A stretch of DNA of 64,000 nucleotides from Zygnema circumcarinatum SAG 698-1b (lineage: Eukaryota; Plantae; Zygnematophyceae). A model generated the notes under the pieces. It saw only the letters and a program-made list of their open reading frames with translations, did not search any database and was not told the origin of the DNA. Both the position numbers and the translations under genes were made by a program. Below are positions 54,701-64,000 of this stretch, piece by piece (the stretch's first letter is position 1; each line of letters begins with the position of its first letter). Location: the NCBI GenBank assembly GCA_037447605.1, contig CM074808.1, forward strand, positions 2,728,001 to 2,792,000, read 5' to 3'.

Positions 54701-57700
54701 GTACACTCTCACAAGAGTTAAAGTGATGACAATGTTCGTCAAAAGACTGCATGCAAATAGGAGACATAAGTAGCAGGTGCAGAGCGTACAAGGTCCTTGA
54801 CAAAAATGTTGAGGGCAGACCGAGGAGTGTAGTCGGCATCCAGCATGTGCGGTACACGGTTTTCAAACATCCTGCCACATCAGAGTAAATCACACAGGAT
54901 CGTCAAATGCTGCTACACTTCGCTGTTACGTTGCCACGAACTCAAAGCAATCAGAGCAGCCGCATGACAAAACCCAACAATTGCAGCGAGAGAAGTCAAC
55001 ATGAACGTAAAAGAAAGCCACCCCGCATCTTCCCATAGCATTTGAAGAACGCCCGAAACACTTGTCTACACACGTTTCTGGACCAATGATGTGTTGTGAA
55101 AAGTCTTTCCCCTCAGCAACGAGACAAAACACTTGTCTACACACGTTTCTGGACCGATGATGTGTCGTGAAAAGTGTTTCCCCTGACGAAAGGGAGCCCC
55201 ACCAGGATGCCCCCGCCGCGTCGCGGATGACGGCGTAGAGGGGCCGCGTGGCGAGGCCCGCCCTCGCGCCCAGCGCCATCGCCTCCGCCGCGGCCGCAAT
55301 GTGCACCCCCGCGAGCAGCTGGTTCACCATCTTCACCGAACTGCTCCAATAGCCATACATACACCATACAACATACAACAGAGACCATTGGCATTCATGC
55401 CCTGCTCCTAGACCCATCTTCGTCGTTGCTTCGGAAGGGTTTATCGTTTGCAATTAAGGAGCGGCCTATAGTTGGACAGAAAAGCCATCCAGTTGAGAAG
55501 GAAGGGACAGAGAGTTCACTATCAATAATCAGTCGACCATGGAAGTCTTTAGGGACAATTCGATAGAATAAGTAGAGCCAGAAAACAAGTGAGACCGTAG
55601 CTTATCAACCATCAGACCCCCAAAGTCCTGAGCAGAGATAAAGTTCACATGGAATTCATACGTGAGGCTCCAGTTTCGGTGAACCGCCTCAACCGTTCCT
55701 AAGGTTGTCGTTTCATTATTTCAAATAGAGTTTTAAATAGGGGTGTGAACCTACCAAAACAATGCCTTTTCATCTTCATATCCTTCTGAAATATAACTGT
55801 GGCATCATCAAGAGACTTATTGAGGACTCGAGAGCCGCACACTACTAACCAACATCCTGGTGCCCTTTAAGGGCGGTTTTTTCCTCCAAAGCAGGACTTA
55901 CCTGCCCGCTCCCACTCCTCCCGAAATGACATAAAGTTTCTCCGCCATTGCTGCCCCAAAAGTCCCAAAACAGACCAACATCAGTTCCATCGTACTCCGT
56001 CAGGGACCTCGAGTTGGGTTGCAAAAAAGGGCGACCAACGGGGAATTGAGCTATTTCAGACCTCGTAGGACCTCCACCACTTAGATGTTGACAATCACTT
56101 TACACAGCCATCAGGCTGTTTCAAAGTAAAGAAAAATTTGGTCAGCCTGACAAGTTTAAATGCAGACCTTTCAGAGCGGCTCCAGCTCTTGCAAAAGCGT
56201 CGTTGCTGCCAGACGCCATTATCTGCAGAATGATGGCCACATGCCAAAGCATGAGGAGAACAATCTATCTTGGTCTTAATGCATTTCAGAGTACGATCGT
56301 TATTGCGACTAGAAAGAAAGGTAATGCATAGGATGAAAAGTGGCAAGCAGCTGTATATGAGATGCACCGTGAGTGAGCCCGCTGCCGCTCGAGCTACTCC
56401 GCCGGACACCGGTGCATCCACTAGAAGAAGACCTCTTCCCTCCTCTGCAGACCCGCGAGAATCAAGGTATGACACTTATCCTCCACAGCTGCTTCTACAA
56501 TGGACTGCAGATTAATAGTACTCAGGATTCATCACTCCAACACTTCAGGTTGACCCTAGGCGTGCTCGTCACAGCTTAAAAGAAAGTTGATGGTGTCGTT
56601 GATGCGTTAGCAAACAGCACATTTATGGTCATATTTCTCGCTACAAGCCACTCATCACCACCACACGTCTTGATGGTACTTAGAAGCAAGTTATGGAAAG
56701 GACGTTACGGAATAGGCACCTGCCAAACGCTTCTCCAATGTACGTACAAAATCTGGGGAAACGGTAGAGCAGAGTACCACCACAGAGCCAGGCTCGAGCT
56801 CTGCTTGCCAAAAAAACGCTACGATCAAATTGCTGAAAATCTGATCAACAGATACGGCTGTGAATCGCCATTCTAGATTACAATGTTGCAATCATTCAAG
56901 CTGCCTACAGCACTTGGAACGTCAAAAGCATTCCATAGAACGAACAAGTAAAACCGAGGTCATACTTTACAGAGTACTCCGATCAACAGACAAGAGAAAC
57001 GTGCCATAGAGTTGTGCGAATAACAGAAGCCTAGTTCATTCAAGACTCGCACACAGAGGATGCCGCGGTCCTATGATAGCAAGCCCTCCAGACTATCTCA
57101 CATTCCGCCTAGCATTCTAGTGAGTGAGTAGAGCTGACCATGAACTTGTAATTCCGATTCGTATTCATCTAAATTTCTTCAATCAGCAAACGGAGCCCCT
57201 TATCTAACACACATTTGCAGATGTTCTTTCCGTAAATCAGAATTAGATAGGAAGCGGATTCTGTCCATTAAGTTTCGAGTCCGACCTGCAGCCGCCTTGC
57301 CTGAGCCGAACAGTACATCGTCTGCCTGTTCCGCATTTACCACCATGAGCACCAAAATTCCAGCACCTGCACCATCAGATTGCTTCAATGAAATATAGTC
57401 TAAACTGCATGTGTGATGCCGATACTCCTCTGTTCCCTTTTTCCAGCAAACACAGTAAGACGACAGACGCATACCCCTGTTACCCCTTTATCAAGCCTGA
57501 ACATGACCTTGTCCTAAAGAATACATCGAGAGATTCTCGCTCCGTGGCTTGCACGGATCTTCGCCCTTTGGCCATTCACTGCGACTGCTCGCTTCGAAGC
57601 TCACTTGGATGGAATCTTCACTGACGACTTTACTAGAGCAACATGAATGCAGCGGGGTTAAGATGTGCTCATATGGCAAACACTACAAGCACTGCTCATC

Positions 57701-60700
57701 CCAAATAGGCTCTAAACTTCACATAGATGCAGCAAGTCCCCGTTATGCACGCATGTCCAGATTTTCATTACACTATATGATACTACTTCAGTGAATCCAC
57801 ACTGCACCATCTTGCTATGCTTGGAGCTGGCGAGTGAACTAGATGAATTGTTCTTCCTCTCACAAATGACCATTTGAATAAGGAAGCAATGGAAAAGAAA
57901 CTTTTGTGTATATTACCACGACTTCAATCTCAAGGTCCAATGCAAGTAGCTATATGAGTCCCATTATTCCCAACCTTTGGCAGCCTGTGCAGGAGAAGCC
58001 GCAGTGGTCCCACCCACTTGGCGAAATCGCGTCATGGCCGGCTCATAAACCTGAACCACGGGAAATAGAGTCAACAGCAACTTTGTTAAGGGTGGAATTC
58101 AGTGGAGGAAACCGCTTAACCTTGCCAAGATCTTAACACTTAACAGTTTTGGGGAAAACATGCTGAAGGTTGCACGCCTACAGGAGTTTTTATACAATGT
58201 AAGCACAAGGCTGATGGCATGAGATTCATTTCCATTGCAAACATGCATAACTTTGAGAGAGAGAATACTTTCAGCCTGTACTGATAACAAGAACGAGACA
58301 GAAGAAAGATGAAGGTTCTGTATGATTCAAAAATAACTGCAGTTGAGGTTGCTACTTTGATTCATCAAGCGGCTCGTTATCAAGCAGGAGTCTAGCTTTT
58401 CTAGTGTAAGGAAACAATGGCGAGATGGCATTGCTGTGCGATTAACCAGAGTTGTGTGTTCAGTTAAAATACCACGGTTTTTAGGCGGACTAGGAACCCT
58501 CGAACACTACGGTTTCAGCAAACGCCTCACCACTTTCATTAAAACAGACACTTTAAATTCATTGATGAAAGCAAATTATTGAAGTCCTGTTCCTTCACAT
58601 TCATCAAAGGCGCCATAACCACTTCAGGTACCAATAACAGTAGCCATGAGGGCTTGAGCCCCTTTGCTATGAAAACAGAGCTGGCTATTCTAATCCCAAC
58701 TGCACAATTTCCCGGACGAACAGAAGGCAACACCAATCAGCGATGTCTCCCCATAACCTGCGGCCGATTTGACTGAAAACTGCCGGACCCAACAAAGTGT
58801 TTTATAAAAGAATTTCACACTTTCTTTAGTTGGCTAGAAAGAATGAAGTACTCACATCGTAGCCACAAACAGATATCCCAGCTCTGAGCAACGCCGTGGC
58901 CATGCCACTGCCCATTGCTCCGAGGCCTATGAAGCCCACGCGAGTTGGAGGAGGAGCCCCGTCAATGGCCGCCTGTGCAGCTTCTGCTAAGGCTTTTTCT
59001 GCCGGGCTATCTTCTACTGGTGAAGAGACAGATACATCTCCCAATCGTTCCCAAATCTGCAAGTAAGTCATAAGGACTTTCACTGACAGGAGAAAAGGGC
59101 TACCAGAAAGGAGAAAGGACGATGATGACTGTCAGTCTCTCCCTGCTCTATTATGTGGAGGGGTTTCTATCAGAGAACTTCCATGTAAAAGTTGAAATCT
59201 GCACCAATGAGAGGCAACCAAGTATTGCCTAGGCATAGCCAGCAAACAAGACTAGAACGCTATTTATTGTGCAGCAAACTCATCACTCTCGTAATGACAA
59301 AAAAATCTGGCTAGAAAAATGTGAGGGCACAACCTTCACGACAGCAGCATCGTCCTCACGCCCCAAGCCGGCATGGGTACCTGTCAGACCAGTCATAATT
59401 TTCGGTACTCATCAGACCACTCAAGTTTATCAGTTCAGATGCATGGAATCCTTTTCGTGTAGCCGTGATAATTGCTCCCAAAATCAAAAGATAGAAGAAA
59501 GGTGTTAAAGAAATCAAAACTTTTGCATTGACCGCAGTCGACAATGGATAGCCTGAACCACTTGAACAATAACCACAGAACCTATTCAACCCTAAATGGC
59601 AGCACATATCACATGCTAAAAGATCACAGCTTGTAAACACTCTCCTGCTAGTTTGGGTATACTGAGAAATTGCTGCTAAAAACTGTCGTGATGGGAATAC
59701 AACTCATCTACCAAAAATTTCACGTACAATTATGGACGGGTGTTTGTCGTTGTTCAATCATGCCCATCGGGAGATTTTCTTTGACGGCATGACCAAAGGC
59801 CACGAAACAAAACATTCCATCTGCAGAAGAGTCTCCTATTGCAGAATAAAAGGAGAGACAGAGGCTGCCTACCAAACAAGAACTGTTGATGCGCTGCAGC
59901 TGCAAGTGGTGTGGGGAATGTGAGCAGCTTGGCCTCCCCCAAGACAATACCCTGCAGGGTGCGATGCAGCAGACGAGGCAGTCCATGAGGAGCTGCCACC
60001 TGGCAAGCAGCAGCATAGCTCGACAATTCTTCTTGCCTGGCCCGCAGATGCCCTTGGCAGGGCTCACTATTAGAGTGACTGCGAGCAATTTTGGCGGCCT
60101 AATAATGGTGTCGCTGTACAAGCTGATGCGCAACATGGCATGGCAATTCGCCATTGACATCTGAACTGTTGTCAACAACTGGAAACATGAAATGTCGAAG
60201 TCCGTGTCCCAAATCATGCAGAACCTCCAAGTGGGTCATCTAAGCCTCTAATTATCAGGGTTGAGGTTAGGTAGATCGCCACAGCCGCTTCTCAGAGTAG
60301 ACATTAATGGGACATATTAAATAGATGAGATGAGAGAAACAATGAGAGTAGGCCAAAGAAGGAGCAAAGACTGAGTGACAGAGCGCACCAAGTCCTTCAC
60401 GAAAATGGACAGTGCAGACCGCGGGGTATAGTCAGCGTCGAGCATGTGTGGCACGCGGTTTTCAAACATCCTGTCACATAGCGATAAAAATTACAAAAGT
60501 GAGAGTCACATCATAACCCGAGGAGGAGGCTTGTACCTCTCAGTGGGATTTATTTTACCGAGACTCCCTATTTCGAGAAAAGCTTAGAGATTTGTTGAAC
60601 CGCAGAGAAAAAGCCAACTTTCCCAGGGAGAGATTGACATGTTTCAACATCCAAAGCATGGTACACTGACTTGGTTGAGGTCAAGCACAGCTTCGAATTT

Positions 60701-63700
60701 ATGAGTACAGATGATCAGTCAACATTGCTTTTTGCATTCACTTCTTGTTGGGCCTCAACAGAATCAAAGTCCGTGAGTCTCACAAATCAATGGTCTGGCA
60801 AAGGAGCCAACACTGTTCCTGTTTATCAATCGTAGTCGGGAAGTAAGAAAAAGTCAGGAGTAAAGAGTGGGTCAGGAGGTAAAAGTATGTCTTTGCCCGG
60901 AACCTGGTGCATACAAATAGGTGATCTGGACTAATGTGTCGTCAAAAGTCAACATAAACGTAAAAGAAAGCCACGCCGCAATCTTCCCATAGCATTTGAA
61001 GTACGCCACAAACACTTGTCTACACACGTTTCTGGACCGATGATGTGTCGTGAAAAGTGTTTCCCCTGACGAAAGGGAGCCCCACCAGGATGCCCCCGCC
61101 GCGTCGCGGATGACGGCGTAGAGGGGCCGCGTGGCGAGGCCCGCCCTCGCGCCCAGCGCCATCGCCTCCGCCGCGGCCGCAATGTGCACCCCCGCGAGCA
61201 GCTGGTTCACCATCTTCACCGAACTGCTCCAATAGCCATACATACACCATACAACATACAACAGAGACCATTGGCATTCATGCCCTGCTCCTAGACCCAT
61301 CTCCGTGTTTGCTTCGGAAGGGTTTATCGTTTGCAATCAAGGAGCATTGTTTCCATAACTTTCCCCATGACAAGGAAACTGAAGTGGATACTGACAATGG
61401 AAAACGTTTTGAAACGACATCTACTGATCACTCTAATCACTCACCTGACCAACGCCACTTCAGACAGAAAAAAACGAAGCAAGGCCCCTAGACAGCTGAC
61501 ATGCTTAGGATATCGGAAGAACATAGGGAGTTCGAGGGTGCCGGAACCGGGTGCCACACCATAGATCTTAGATTTGCTATAAGGACATTCTGAGTACAGG
61601 ATCCATACAAATCCTGGTTCACAATTTTTAATCTTCGAAACTTCGGTGTTCGTGAAGCCGTATATGAAATCCTAATGCTGTCTGAAACCATCCATCCGTG
61701 TATTGTTTCCTGAAGCATGAATGAAGGGCTTGTGTTGAATTCTAACACATGTTTTCTAGCTAGTGAGTCTTCAGAGGTGAAGCCACTGCAGCTCTGAATT
61801 CAGCCCTCGAAAATGAAGGAGAATACTCAGAAAGTTATTGTGACTGGCAATCCACCAGATTTTCGTTGTCATGTCTATCGCTAACAGTCATGCGAAAAAG
61901 GACCACTTATTTTCGCACCTTTTTAAAGACCTTGACAGTACGATTCCACTCAACTGTCATCAGGAACCAAAAAACACAGATCCTGCTGCTGCAGCTGAAG
62001 CTGCTGAGCTCTTCAGCAATGCAAAAGCACACCCGAACATGGCGGATAATGCAAAGTTGGAAAAGTAAAAAAGGAAGGGGGGGGGGGGGTCACTAAAACC
62101 GCGACTTCTGAGTAGAACTTTGCACTGCAAGGCTGTTCTGCTGAGAGGTAATCATCCCCAACACTAGCAGGGCAGGAGTCACATGCCAGTAATGAACTCT
62201 TACCTTCCAGAGCCTGGCTCCTTGCCGATAATGTACAGCTTCTCACTCATGGCTGCATCCACAAAATGTACCGACAGTTTGGAAATGCCACATTCAAGTG
62301 ATGAAATGATGAGATAAAATGATGTAATCATAGTAACATGAGATGAGATGAGATGATGATGATGATGGGATGAGCATCAGGGAAAATTTGTAATGGACAA
62401 AGGTACTTCTCTGTCTGAAAGGTACGTCTCATGACAGGTCTAGGTTGGAACACTCTAGCATCATCCCAGCAAATGCAAGCAAATGATTGTCTGGGTTCAT
62501 TGATGATAGAATACAGTGGGGCTACTCTCAAAAAATCCTTATGGATATACGCTTCGAAATGTATCCGCCATCTGAAAATCACGGTGAAATTCCTCACAAT
62601 GTGTTACCCAGTACATTCGCTTGTAACCCTTGAAACCAAAGAGAATATGAAAGGGTACCCTACTGTAAGGGTCCGCCCTTACCAGATAGAAAGGGGTCGG
62701 CTCGATCCAAAGCTTCAGTTGAACCTGAAGCCATGATCTGACACATGCAAAAACTCACGTCCAGTTTTTTAATCCAAAAGCAAACTTCAACAAGAGTGGC
62801 AGAGAGATAAAATCAGCAGCTTCATAATGTCAGGCATACACAGTGAAAAGATGAGGCAATTCTTCACCTATCCTTGGCAGAACTTTTAAAAACATTTAAC
62901 CTTTGAATTGAACGAGCCTGCAAACAAGCGACAGACCGCTGTTATCTATCATCAGTGGGACAGACAAGCCGCAGTCCCATGAGTAATTCAATTCAGTTTT
63001 ATCAACCGCTATGCAGCCCACGCCAAAGGAGCCAAAGGCGACGACCCTCCAAAAAGAGACCAGGGTCGCACAAGAGAATGAACCCACTACTTACAGTAAG
63101 AGAACCCGCAGCAGCGCGAGCCACCCCTCCTGAAACAGGCGCGTCAACCAGCTGCAAACCTCGTCCCAGCCCTGGCACGAAATCAAGCAAAACATTGCTC
63201 GTCGGAAGACAATAGATAGTGCTTGAATACTGTTAGAGCAAGAGAGGCAAGTGCACACACAAGCATAAGGAGGAGTGTTCATGTAGTGGGGAAAATATTA
63301 GAATAAGCATTTATAAACCAGCCTCGAAAGGATGGAAAAAACATCCCGGTCGGTGGAGTAAAGTCTGAAAGGCTCAACTTCTTTCAGTCAAGCGACGTGT
63401 TGGATGCAAGAGTTGATAATGTAAATTCCAGCTTTTTAACTTCTTCAACATTCGACAATTTTAGGCTTAATATAGAGGTCATTTATTGGACAGTTCGTTA
63501 ATCAATTCACCAGCTCTTCTCCCAGTTGAAAGAAAAAACAAACTGCTCTTCTTGAAAGAATACAAGTTCGCTCTGAGATAAGAAAGCATGCCCAATTCCT
63601 TTCAGAACACTTCTGAAAATCAGATACACACTAGTTACAAGCGTGGCATTAGATAGATCAGTCTATGAAAGACGCTACGATAGCAAAAAATCTGCTCTTT

Positions 63701-63841
63701 ATGTAGGAGAACTCTTTAACTATATTTCACATCATGCAGTTCGATGAAGAAGTGGCCTACCATTCAAGCGTTGATGGAGAGACCGGGCATAACTCGGAGG
63801 AACAGTTGAACATAGCACCACCACAGCATCATTCGCCAGGC
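45734..63841 (-). CDS. Multidomain fusion: two 3-hydroxyisobutyrate/6-phosphogluconate-dehydrogenase-like modules, DUF1537 four-carbon acid-sugar kinase, class II ketose-bisphosphate aldolase (Arabidopsis At1g18270-like); 5' end lies beyond the window
   Basis: Paired exons VVVLCSTV, LVDAPVSGGVARAAAGSLT, VKMVNQLLAGVHIAAAAEAM and MFENRVPHMLDADYTPRSAL occur twice; Rossmann motif VGFIGLGAMGSGMA; kinase motifs VLDDDPTGTQTVH and GLIVVGSYVPKT; aldolase motifs AVGAFNVYNLEG, VTVHMDHG, MVDGSH, VEAELGRLSGTEDG, VGNVHGKY, KFNVNTEVR; stop at 45734. Most 5' exon seen is 63841-63761. Confidence 0.93.
54993..55462. repeat. Intragenic direct repeat, copy A (exon 55340-55203 plus intron flanks)
   Basis: 55127-55419 is identical to 61010-61302 (offset 5883), with ~90% identical flanks. 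Copy A carries an extra 71-bp tandem unit at 55056-55126. Confidence 0.95.
60946..61345. repeat. Intragenic direct repeat, copy B (exon 61223-61086 plus intron flanks)
   Basis: Base-by-base comparison with copy A; the supplied ORFs 55137..55394 and 61020..61277 translate identically. Confidence 0.95.
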
Positions 63842-64000
63842 CTGTTCTGCATCATGGGTGAATCTTCAGTGACAAATCATACTGCTCTGCAGAGTAAAGA
63901 GCTAATGAAAGCTGCTTGACTAGATACAGGGAAAAGGAGACCTTTTTTCATTTCAAGATTGCTTATAAAATTAACTTGCAGTTCCTCAACCCGTTTATTC

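Overview
Eukaryotic, gene-dense, intron-rich (GT-AG) nuclear DNA from the green lineage. Gene content and Arabidopsis-like protein sequences suggest a streptophyte, possibly a streptophyte alga; the species cannot be determined from the sequence alone. I manually spliced or traced eight protein-coding genes: COQ2/PPT1 polyprenyltransferase (-), an uncharacterised 1634-aa AT-hook/SH3-KOW-like/TFIIS-N protein (+), a CPBP (CAAX/Abi) membrane protease (+), a ZIF-like MFS transporter (-), VPS18 (+), a secreted GH1 glycosidase (-), an intronless nuclear-encoded plastid-type L22 (-), and a 5'-truncated 2x dehydrogenase-DUF1537 kinase-class II aldolase fusion (-). There is also a tRNA-Lys(CUU), a hAT-type MITE with an 8-bp TSD, microsatellites and one 10-N assembly gap. 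The most notable observations: (1) one exon plus flanking intron is 100% identical (293 bp) between the two otherwise diverged dehydrogenase modules of the fusion gene and is strongly GC3-enriched, which points to recurrent intragenic gene conversion with GC bias; (2) nuclear rpl22 with a transit peptide, consistent with endosymbiotic gene transfer; (3) the unusual chromatin/transcription-factor-like domain architecture of the 1634-aa protein; (4) two 54-bp inverted pairs of CCAATCACA-N4-GCCA (ERSE-like) half-sites with identical geometry, 32 kb apart. Protein family calls come from recalled motifs, not database searches.
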